Assembly: GCF_009914755.1 (NCBI RefSeq)
Contig: NC_060927.1
From: the human T2T-CHM13v2.0 reference genome, Homo sapiens
Strand: one strand, 5' to 3'
Length of the DNA stretch: 64,000 bases
This document shows positions 13,720-23,887 of the stretch, piece after piece; position 1 is the stretch's first letter, and every line of letters begins with the position of its first letter. The notes beneath the pieces are model-generated. The model searched no databases and was not told the DNA's origin. It was given only the letters and a program-made list of their open reading frames with translations. Position numbers and translations under genes: made by a program.

Positions 13720-15033
13720 CATAACCAAAACCAGGAGAAAGAAAAAGAAAAAAATATATAGTTCATGGGAAATCCAGATATTGGGGTTATCTTAAGTAAT
13801 TTCGAAATAAATATTTAATATGTTAAGTATTTTAAATGTTTTAAATATTCAAAAAATTAGATGGCCATGGAAATGTTCATTAGAGAACAGAAATTAGGAT
13901 TGCTAGACTTACCAAATAAACATATAGAGTTCCAAGTTAATTTTAAATATCAAGTAAATAGCAAATACTTTATACAATATATCGCATGAAATATTTGGGA
14001 TATATTTATACTAAAAGTTTATTGTTACTGAAATTCAGGTTCAACTGGGTGCCCTTTATTTGACAACACTAACTGTAAACTATCAAAATAAATAAAATTT
14101 TTGAACCTTAAAATATAACAAATACAATTAAAGACTCAAGAGGTTCAAAGCACAACAGACTAGATATGACTAGATATAATTGACAAGAGGATGAGTAAAG
14201 TGCTAAGTAGGTCAGAGACAACATATACTGAAAAACAGAGAGAAAAAAATGGAAGATTCAGAAAAGCATAAGAAACACATACGACATAGTGAATAAATGT
14301 CAAAAATATTTATTGTGGTTCAGAACAGAAAAAGAATGGAGAAAAAGTATTATTTAAAGAAATAATGGCTAGGGATATTCTAAAACTGACAATAGACAAC
14401 AAGTAATAGATTCATGCAACACTGCATTTATTAAGAAGGATAAATTCAAATAAGCCATACCTACCACATCATGGAAAATAGTAAAATGAAAAAAAAAATC
14501 CTAAATAAGCTAGATAAGAAAGTGTCATACTACCTTTAAAGTTGCAACAATATTATAACACGTTTAATTGATTTACTATAAGAAACATTGGAAACTAGAA
14601 GTCAAAAACTGTGATCCTTGAATTTTTCTTAGGGGGCAGGTACCATATTGCCAAACTAGAATTTTATTCCTGGCAAAAACATTCTTTAAAATGAAAAGAC
14701 AAATAATGGAGAATGAACTTGAAATTGAACGGTTTAGAATTACAAAGATTTTTTCCCCTATTTCCAGGTGAGCTCAACAGCCAATTAAGTTTTATTATAA
14801 AAAATAAAGCAGCTTATATCTACTTGAAAAAGTGAAGGCAAAATTAAAATGTTTTCATTTAAACTAAAAGCCATAGGATTTATCACTAGCAGAACTACAC
14901 TAAAGAGCTCTTCAGCCATCATGAGAATGTTTTGAAATATAAGCAGAAAGGAATGAAAACCAGTGAAAAGGATATTATGTGGGAACATCTAAAAGAATAC
15001 TTCCCATACAAAGCAACATTATTAATTACATAG
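13720..15033 (+). mobile_element. Old L1M ORF1-region fragment, host of the HERV-H; resumes at 20761-21024 and 22148-22620
   Basis: A-rich decayed ORF1 motifs ('tatttaaagaaataatggctagg', 'caaactagaattttattcctggcaaaaacattc'). Confidence 0.65.
13896..14072. mobile_element. MER53-like hAT MITE
   Basis: TIR-like ends 'taggattgctaga' / 'ttgacaacacta'; internal 'atatttgggatatatttatactaaaa'. Confidence 0.6.
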
Positions 15034-15447
15034 TTTCATGCACGTCCGTGTGAAGAGACCACCAAGCAGGCTTTGTGTGAGCAATAAAGCTGTTTATTTC
15101 ACCTGGGTGCAGGTGGGCTGAGTCCGAAAAGAGAGTCAGCGAAGAGAGATAGGGGTGGGGCCATTTTATAAGATTTGGGTAGGCAAAGGAAAATTACAGT
15201 CAAAGAGGGGTTGTTCTCTGGCAGGCAGGAGTGGGGGTCATAAGGTGCTCAGTAGGGGAGCTTTTGAGCCAGGATGAGCCAGGAGAAGGAGTTTCACAAG
15301 ACAGTGTCATCAGTTAAGGCAGGAACAGGCCATTTTCACTTCTTTTGTGGTGGAATGTCATCAGTTAAGGCAGGAACCGGCCATCTGGATGTGTACGTGC
15401 AGGTCACAGGGGATATGATGGCTTAGCTTGGGCTCAGAGGCCTGACA
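15034..15447 (-). mobile_element. HERV-H 3' LTR (LTR7)
   Basis: Minus strand TGTCAGGCCTCTGAGCCCAAGCTAAGCC...GCATGAAA, preceded by the polypurine tract aagaagacaggaa (15448-15460). Confidence 0.97.
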
Positions 15448-17255
15448 TTCCTGTCTTCTTATATTAGTAAGAAAAATAAAATGAAATAGTAGTAAAGTGT
15501 TGGGACAGCGAAAATTTTGGGGGATGGTATGGAGAGATAATGGGCGATGCTTCTCAGGGCTGCTTCCAGCGGGATTGGGGGTGGCGTGGGAACCTAGAGT
15601 GGGAGACATTAAGCTGAAGGAAGATTTTGTGGTAAGGGGTGATATTGTGGGGTTGTTAGAAGAAACATTTGTCATTTAGAATTATTGGTGTTGGCCTGGA
15701 TACAGTTTTGTATGAATTGAAAAACTAAATGGAATAAGAGAAGGAGAAAAACAGGTATAAAAGGTCTAAGAATTGGGACGACTCAGGACATCTGATTAGA
15801 GAGTCCCTAAGGAGATTCAGCATAGTCCTGCCAGCAAAGATTATTTACTTCAAGAGTTAAGAGTGGCAGTTTGGGGATAGCACCAGGAGATATCAGCTGT
15901 GATGGCTTGGAGAAACAGTGTAAACTGGCAGTGTAAACAAGAGCAGGGCATGTATGAGTAGTTGAGAATGGTGAATAGGAGTATGACTAGACAGAAGATA
16001 GTAGGGATGACTAGTTTTTTGGGGCACAGTCTAAGTTGGTCTGGTGTCTGGAATGAGACTGGGGCCTAATAAAAAGGAGCGTCTATACAGGAGCTCAAAT
16101 GGGCTGTACTTTGTAGCATTCTGAGGACAGGTCTGACTTCTGAGAAGGGAAAGTGGTAAAAGTATTGTCCAGTCCTTTTTAAGTTGGTGGCTGAGCTTGG
16201 TGAGGTGTGTTTTAAAAAGATCTTTAGTCTGTTTTACTTTTCCTGAAGACTGAGGACTGTAAGGGATATAAAGGTTTCACTGAATACTAAGAGCCTGAAA
16301 AACTTCTTGGCTGATTTGACTAATAAAGGCTGGTCTGTTATCAGACTGTATAGAGGTGGGAAGGCTAAACTGAAGAATTATGTCTGACAGAAGGGAAGAA
16401 ATGACTGTGGTGGCCTTCTCAGACCCTGTAGGAAAGGCCTTTACCTATCCAGCGAAAGTGTCTACCTAGAATAAGAGGTATTTTAGTTATCTGACTCGGG
16501 GCATGTTGAGTAAAGCTAATTTGCCAGTCCTGGGTGGGGGCAAATCCTTGAGCTTGATGTGTAGGGAATGGAGGGGGCCTGAATAATCCCTGAGGAGTAG
16601 TAGAATAGCAGATGGAACACTGAGAAGTTATTTCTTTGAGGATAGATTTCCACGATGGAAAGGAAATGAGAGGTTCTAAGAGGCGGGCTAGTGGCTTGCA
16701 CTATAGCATAGCCTGCCTTTGCTGATGTGTGGCGATTAGGCCTGGTGGAACTGCCATCAATAAATCAAGCATGATCAGGGTGAGGAACAGGAAAGAAGAA
16801 AATATGGGGAAATGGGATAAATGTCAGGTGGATCAGAGAGATACAGTAATGGGGGTCAGGTGTGGTATCAGGAATAATGTGGGAGGCCGGACTGAAGTCC
16901 GTGCCGGGAACAATGGTAATTGTGGGACTTAACAAAGAGTGAGTACAGCTGAAGGAGCCGGGGGAGCAGAAAGTACATGCATCAGGTATGAGGAAGGAAA
17001 TAGATTTTGGAAGTTATGAGAAATGTAGAGAGTAAGTTGAGCATAGTTTGTGATTTTGAGGGCCTCTAAAAGTATTAGGGCAGCAGGAGCCGCTGCACGG
17101 AGACATGAGGGCTAGGCTAAAACAGTAAGGTCAAGTTGTTTGAACAGAAAGGCTACAGGGTGCGGTCCTGGCTCTTGTGTAAGAATTCTGACCGCACTAA
17201 CCATGCCTAGGAAGGAAAGGAGTTGTTGTTTTGTAAGGGATTGAGGTTTGGGAGA

Positions 17256-17822
17256 TTAATCGGACATGATGAGCAGGGAGAGCACGTGTGTTTTTATGAG
17301 AATTATGCTGAGATAGGTAACAGATAAGGAAGAAATTTGGGCTTGACTGAAGTAATGGGGGCTGTCTGTGAAGCTTTGCGGCAGTACAGCCCAGGTAATT
17401 TGCTGAGCCTGATGCGTGTCAGGGTCAGTCCAAGTGAAAGTGAAGAGAGGCTGGGATGACGGGTGCAAAGGAATAGTAAAGAAAGCATGTTTGAGATACA
17501 GAACAGAATAATGGATTGTGGAGGGAGGTATTGAGGATAGGAGAGTATATGGGTTTGGCACCACGGGGTGGATAGGCAAAACAATTTGGTTGATAAGGCA
17601 TAAATCCTGAACTAACTTGTAAGGCTTGTCTGGTTTCAGGACAGGTAAAATGGGGGAATTGTAAGGAGAGTTTATAGGCTTTAAAAGGCCATGCTGTAGC
17701 AGGCCAGTGATAGCAGGCTTTAATCCTTTCAAAGCATGCTGTGGGATGGGATATTGGCATTGAGTGGGGTAAGGGTGATTAGGTTTTAATGAGATGGTAA
17801 GGGGTGCATGATCGGTCGCCAA
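17256..17822 (-). pseudogene. pol: HERV-H pol remnant (reverse transcriptase N-terminal part)
   Basis: QYPIPQHALKGLKP..SPYNSPILPVLKPDKPYKLVQDL..HAFFTIPLHP..WAVLPQSFTDSPHYFSQ; homology ends before the YxDD motif. Confidence 0.9.
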
Positions 17823-18280
17823 GGAGGGAGTAGAGGTGTCTTATACTTGTGGGTTAAGGTGGGGGGATACAAGAGGAGGACGCAAAGGAGGCTTTGGATT
17901 GGGGAGAAGGGCGGCAATGAGATACAGCTGTAGTCCAGGAACAGTCATGGAAGCAGATAATTTAGTTAAAGTGTCTCGGCCTAATAAGGGAACTGGGCAG
18001 GTGGGGATAACTAAAAAGGAGTGCTTAAAAGAGTATTGTCTAAGTTGCCACTAGAGTGGGGGAGTTTTAAGAGGTTTAGAAGCCTGGCCGTCAATACCCA
18101 CAACAGTTATGGAGGCAAGGGAAACAGGCCCTTGAAAAGAAGGTAATGTGGAGTGGGCAGCCTCCGTATTGACTAAGAAGGGGACGGACTTATCCTCCAC
18201 TGTGAGAGTTACCCGAAGCTCGGTGTCCGTGATGGTCTATGGGGCTTCCGAGGTGATCAGGCAGCATCAGTCTTCAGCCG

Positions 18281-18613
18281 CTAAGCCAAGAAGATCTGGG
18301 AAGGAGTCAGAGAGCCTTGGGCCAGAGTTCCAGGGGCTCTGGGAGTGGCTGCCAGGTGAGTTGGACAGTCTGATTTCCAGTGGGGTCCTGCACAGATGGG
18401 ACGCGGCTTATGAGGAATCCTGAGCTGCGGGCATTCCTTGGCCTGGTGGCCAGATTTCCGGCACTTGTAGCAAGCTCCTGGGGGAGGAGGTTCTGGGGGA
18501 ACGCCTGGCCACTGTGGTTCAGGCGTTTGGAAGTTCTTGTGTGCTGGAGATGTGGCTGGGGTTTGTCTCACAGTGGAGGCAAGGAATTGCAACTTTTTTC
18601 TATTATTGTACAC
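18281..18613 (-). pseudogene. gag: HERV-H gag remnant (nucleocapsid)
   Basis: CCHC zinc knuckle CYKCRKSGHQAKEC and a degenerate second knuckle PICAGPHWKSDC. Confidence 0.88.
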
Positions 18614-19582
18614 CTTGAAGGCGAGGTTAATTAAATCCCGTTGTGGGGTTTGGGGGCCGGAATTTAATTTTTGGAGTTTTATTTAATGTCGGGAGCAGAT
18701 TGGGTAATAAAATGTACTTTGAGAATAAGATGGCCTTTTGACCTTTTAGGGTCTAGGGCTGTAAAGTGTCTCAGGGTTGCTGCCGAACGAGCCATGAACT
18801 GGGCTGGGTTTTTCATATTTGATGAAAGAGACTAAACGCTCACTGATTTGGGAAAGGTCTGATAAAGAAAAAGGAGCATTAACCTTGACTATGCCTTTAG
18901 CTTCACCACCTTTTTAAGAGTAAATTGCTGGGCAGGTGCGGGAGGGCTAGACGTGCAATGAAACTGTAAGCAGGACCCGGTGTGAGGAGGGGAGGTGATA
19001 AAAGGATTATAGGGTGGAGGAGCCGAGGCTGAGGAAGAATTGGGACCTAGCTCAGCCTGGTGAGGAGCAGCCTGGGGAGGAGGGGAGAGGTCAGATGGGT
19101 CTGTAGAAAAGGAAGATTAGAAAGACTCAGTGACACTTGGGGTTGGGACTGAGGGGACAGGCGGGAGGGAAAGAAGGAAGATTGGGGGCGAGTTGCACTG
19201 GGTACAGAGACTAGGGAGGGACTGATGTGTAAAAGAATGCCTGGACATCAGGCACCTCAGACCGTTTGCCCATTTTACAACAAGAATTATTTAGATCTTG
19301 CGGGATGGAAAAATTGAAAGTGCCGTTTTCTGGCTATTTGGAACTACTGTCAAGTTTGTATTGGGGTCAACTGGCATTGCAGAGGAAAATAAGATGCTTA
19401 GATTTTAGGTCAGGTGAGAGTTGAAGAGGTTTTAAGTTCATGAGAACACAGGCTAAGGGAGAAGAAGGAGGAATGGAAGGTGGAAGCTTGCCCATAGTGA
19501 AAGAGGCAAGCCCAGAGAAAAGAGTAGAGACACGGAGAAGGGGTCGGGGGTTCTTGCCCTCCAGAAAAGCAGAGAAGGGGTT

Positions 19583-19739
19583 GGGGCACAGAGATATTAG
19601 GTCAGGGTGCAGAAATAAGGGATCAGGGTGCAGAGATATAAGAGGCCGGGGTGCAGAAATAAGGGATCAGGGTGCAGAGATATAAGAGGTTGGGGTGTGG
19701 AAATAAGGGATTGGGGCACAGAGATATAAGAGGTTGGGG
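19583..19739. repeat. HERV-H leader tandem repeats (alternating 21/23-bp units)
   Basis: gggtgcagaaataagggatc alternating with gggtgcagagatataagagg. Confidence 0.85.
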
Positions 19740-20189
19740 TTCCTGCCCCTCCTCTAGAAAAGCGGGACTTGCCGCTAAGAGTGAAGGAGAAGGGGTTGGA
19801 GGTTTCTTGCCCCCCAGAAAGGCGGTGAAGGGGTAGAGACATGGAGAGAAGGGGTTGAGGTACTTGCCCCTCCCCTAGAAAAGCGGGACTTGCCGCTAAG
19901 GGTGAAGGACCAAGGCAGGTGTCCCTGTGTGGTCTGACACCTCTGAAATGTGGGTGAATAATCAGGCATCCCTGCAATGATTAAACACCAAGGGAAGGCT
20001 GCCTTCCCAGTCTGTGACAGGCACCGGAGTTTTGGGTCCATGGATAAAACGTGTCTCCTTTGTCTCTACCAGAAAATGAAAGGAATTGAAATTAAGAGAA
20101 GGGAGAGATTGAAGTGTGGCGCCAAGATTGAAAGGAGAAAGAGGCTGAGGGATAGTGAGGGAGATTGGAGAAGAGAGTAAAAAGAGGCT

Positions 20190-20198
20190 GCTTACTAG
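20190..20198 (-). promoter_or_regulatory. HERV-H major splice donor
   Basis: Minus strand ccaatttcaaatCTA|GTAAGC about 150 nt downstream of the 5' LTR, the known donor position. Confidence 0.7.
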
Positions 20199-20321
20199 AT
20201 TTGAAATTGGTGAGATGTTTCTTGGGCTGATTGGTCTGAGGACCTGAGGTCGTAGGTGGATCTTTCTCACAGAGCAAAGAACAGGAGGACAGGGGATTGA
20301 TCTCCCAAGGGAGGTCTCCTG

Positions 20322-20339
20322 ATCTGAGTCATGGCACCA
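20322..20339 (-). promoter_or_regulatory. Primer binding site, tRNA-His
   Basis: TGGTGCCATGACTCAGAT versus canonical TGGTGCCGTGACTCGGAT (two CpG transitions). Confidence 0.92.
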
Positions 20340-20341
20340 AA

Positions 20342-20755
20342 TTTCATGTGCATCCATGTGAAAAGACCACCAAGCAGGCTTTGTGTGAGCAATAAAGCTG
20401 TTTATTTCACCTGGGTGCAGGTGGGCTGAGTCCAAAAAGAGAGTCAGTGAAGAGAGATAGGGGTGGGGCCATTTTATAAGATTTGGGTAGGTAAAGGAAA
20501 ATTACAGTCAAAGAGGGGTTGTTCTCTGGCAGACAGGAGTGGGGGTCACAAGGTGCTCAGTAGGGAAACTTTTGAGCCAGGATGAGCCAGGAGAAGGAAT
20601 TTCACAAGACAATGTCATCAGTTAAGGTAGGAACAGGCCATTTTCACTTCTTTTGTGGTGGAATGTCATCAGTTAAGGCAGGATCTGGCCATCTGGATGT
20701 GTACATGCAGGTCACAGGGGATATGATGGCTTAGCTTGGGCTCAGAGGCCTGACA
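20342..20755 (-). mobile_element. HERV-H 5' LTR (LTR7), promoter LTR
   Basis: 414 bp, about 18 substitutions versus the 3' LTR by manual alignment; TATAAAA (20472-20478) and CCCCACCCC box intact. Confidence 0.97.
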
Positions 20756-21036
20756 CATAGGATTTAAAATATGGAGAGAATAAGAATACATGGCAACAAT
20801 AGCATAATAGATGGAGTGAAATTGAGTTAACATCTAAATGCCTTGCATTTTTGCGGAAGCTTTAAACTACTATCTTATATTAGAAATGAATAAGGATATA
20901 TATCGTATGTTTAAGGAAATTCACCATAGAAAACAAAAAGGATGTACTATATAATAGTAAACTAATGAAGAATGTAATAATGAACTACTCTCAATATAAA
21001 AGAAATAAGTAGGACAATATAAAACAGATAGGACAA

Positions 21037-22135
21037 TTTATTTTATTTTATTTTACTCTAAGTTCTGGGATATATGTGCAGAATGTGCAGGTTTGTTACA
21101 TAGGTATACATGTGCCATGGTGGTTTGCTGCACCTATAAACGTGTCATCTACGTTTTAAGCCCTGCATGCATTAGGTGTTTGTCCTAATGCTCTCCCTCC
21201 AATTGCCCCCCACCCCCTAAAAGGCCCTGGTGTGTGATGTTCCCCTCCCTGTGTCCATGTGTTCTAATTGTTCAACTCCCACTTATGAGTGAGAACATGC
21301 AGTGTTTTGTTTTCTGTGCCTGTGTTAGTTTGCTGAGAATGATGGCATCCAGCTTCATCCATGTCCTGGCAAAGGACATGAACTCATTCTTTTTTATGGC
21401 TACATAGTATTCCATGGTGTATATGTGCCACATTGTTCTTTATTCAGTCTATCATTGATGGGCATTTGGGTTGGTTCAAGTGTTTGCTATTGTAAATAGT
21501 GTTGCAATAAACATACATGTGCATATGTCTTTATAGTAGAATGATTTATAATCCTTTGGCTATATACCCAGTAATGGGATTGCTGGGTCAAATGGTATTT
21601 CTGGTTCTGGATCCTTGAGGAATCACCACACTGTCTTCCACAATGGTTGAACTAATTTACACTCCCACCAACAGTGAAAAAACATTCCTATTTCTCCACA
21701 TCCTCTCCAGCATCTGTTGTTTCCTGACTTTTTAATCACCATTTAAACTGGTGTGAGATGGTATCCCATTGAGGTTTTGATTTGCATTTCTCTAATGACC
21801 AGTGATGATGAGCTTTTATTCGTATGTTTGTTGGCTGCATAAATGTCTTCTTTTGAGAAATGTCTGTTCATATCCTTGGCCCACTTTTGGATGAGGTTGC
21901 TTGATTTTTCTTGTAAACTTGTTTAAGTTCCTTGTAGATTCTGGATATTAGACTTTTGTCAGATTGGTGGCTTGCAGAAATTTTCTCCCATTCTGTTAGT
22001 TGCCTGTTCACTCTGATGATAGTTTCTTTTGCTGTGCAGAAGCTCTTTAGTTTGATTAGATCCCATTTGTCAATTTTGGCTTTTGTTGCAATTGCTTTTG
22101 GTGTTTTAGTCATGAAGTCTTTGCTCATGCCTATG
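21037..22135 (-). mobile_element. 5'-truncated L1PA (L1PA7/8-like), about 1.1 kb
   Basis: 3'UTR plus ORF2 C-terminal remnant ([33 protein letters not shown]); TSD cagataggacaa at 21025-21036 and 22136-22147. Confidence 0.95.
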
Positions 22136-22624
22136 CAGATAGGACAAATTTTTAAAAAATTCATAGAATAGTCCATTTAAACTCAAATAGTTCAGCTATT
22201 ACATTAAGTTAATATGGACAAAATCCTGCAATTCGTAGGCAAACAATTTAAAATTGAATACTGAAACAAAATGTAACTGTGTTCTGCTGATAAGAGATGT
22301 GTCTTTAATACAAAAATAAGAAAGACTGAAAGTAGAATTACGGAACATGATAAACCTAATCAAAACAAAGCTTGTAATTCTAAAGAAACTATACTGAAAA
22401 GCAAGAAATATTTATACATAAAGTTTGAAATTTTATAATGATAAAAAGATAAAACAACAGAAAAAGATGACAAAAATAACTTTGTAAGCATTTAATAACC
22501 TAATCTCAAAATGAATAAAACAAAAAAGTACAAAATAAATAAACAATAGAAGAAAAATAATGAATAGCTACATTTACAGTCATAGTTGAATAATGCAGTT
22601 TTTCTCAGTAACTAAAGAATAAGC

Positions 22625-23045
22625 AAAAGATGATTGGATAAATTAAATATGTTATATACATATAATGAAATATAATTTTGCAATAAAAATAAATGAAGTA
22701 TTGATACATATTACATTAAACATAAATTCAACTTGAAAACTAAGTGAAAATCCAGTCACACCCTAGACAAAAACTTACAAAAAGACATTGTAAAATTCCA
22801 TTTTTATATAATGTATGTAATAAGTAAGTTCATGGAGTTAGAAAGTATTTTGGTGCTTGCCTGGGACTGATAGATGAAGGTGGGGGAATAATGAGAATGA
22901 CTGCTGATGAGGACAAGTGTTTCCTTTTAAAGTGATACAAATGTTCCAGAGTTTGATGATGGTTGCACAAATGTGTGAATGCAATAAAAACCACTGAATT
23001 ATACACTTTATTTGATAAATTATAAATTATTTATCCATAAAACTG
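22625..23045 (+). mobile_element. Old L1 (L1MB/ME-like) 3' end
   Basis: 'gattggataaattaaatatgttatatacata...ggttgcacaaatgtgtgaatgcaataaaaaccactgaattatacacttt'. Confidence 0.7.
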
Positions 23046-23134
23046 CAAAAATGATTTTTTAACTAAAACTTGCATTCAATCTCATCCACCTGTAAATGGC
23101 ATTAAAATTATTTTCAGTTCAGTATATTCTAGAC

Positions 23135-23368
23135 CAGTGGTTTTCAACCAAGCCTAACTTTGTCTCACAAGGAACATTCGTAATGTCCGAAGACATATTT
23201 GATTGTAACAGTAGAGGTGGAGTGGGTATTTGCATTAACTAGGTAGAAGCCAGAAATACTAGTAAAAATCTTACAGTAGGTAAGACAGCTTTCAACCAAA
23301 ACAATACAAAACAAAACATGTAACTGCCCCAAAATATCAATAGTGCAAAGGTTAACCAGCCCTCTTTT
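23135..23368. mobile_element. MER20 DNA transposon
   Basis: 'cagtggttttcaacc ... ccccaaaatatcaatagtgcaaaggtt'. Confidence 0.75.
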
Positions 23369-23744
23369 AGAGACATTGATCTCTATTCCTATATAATTTT
23401 TAAGCCTCATGGTAATAGAGTCTATCTTGGAATGTGAATGAAGCATAATGTAAACATTACAAGCAACAACATGTCACATTTTTAGAATTTACATCATTCA
23501 GAATACCCCTTAGTATCACCTGACCCCAAAGCTTAGAATGATTTTGCCAATTTTGCAAATATGAAAACTTAGATTATGTTATTCTTTTTCTAATGGGCCA
23601 AGAAAGGTATAACACTACACTGTCACTTTTTTTTTACTTCTATACTAATTACTTTCTGAATATATATAGATATCTAATCTATCTATCTATCTATTCTTTT
23701 ACCACTTAAAAATATTATTTTAATCTGTTTAAAACTAAGGCCTA

Positions 23745-23887
23745 GCATTAGGAGATATACCTAATGCTAAATGACAAGTTAATGGGTGCAGCACACCAAC
23801 ATGGCACATGTATACATATGTAACAAACCTGCACGTTGTGCACATGTACCCTAAAACTTAAAGTATCATAATAATAAAATTAAAAAA
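23745..23887 (+). mobile_element. Short young L1PA (L1PA3-5-like) 3' end
   Basis: 'gcattaggagatatacctaatgctaaatgac..taccctaaaacttaaagtat' plus A-tail; TSD aaaactaaggccta at 23731-23744 and 23888-23901; canonical TTT/AAAA nick site. Confidence 0.95.

Larger units (their letters stand above)
15034..20755 (-). mobile_element. HERV-H provirus, 5722 bp, common internally deleted (env-less) type
   Basis: Two 414-bp LTR7s, His-tRNA primer binding site (PBS), polypurine tract (PPT), gag and pol remnants, perfect TSD CATAG at 15029-15033 and 20756-20760. Confidence 0.97.

Noticed and set aside
17256-18613. Functional HERV-H gag/pol
   Set aside because: Fragmented frames, RT truncated before YxDD, env absent; non-autonomous.
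20322-20339. tRNA-His-like sequence
   Set aside because: It is the 18-nt retroviral PBS, not a tRNA gene.
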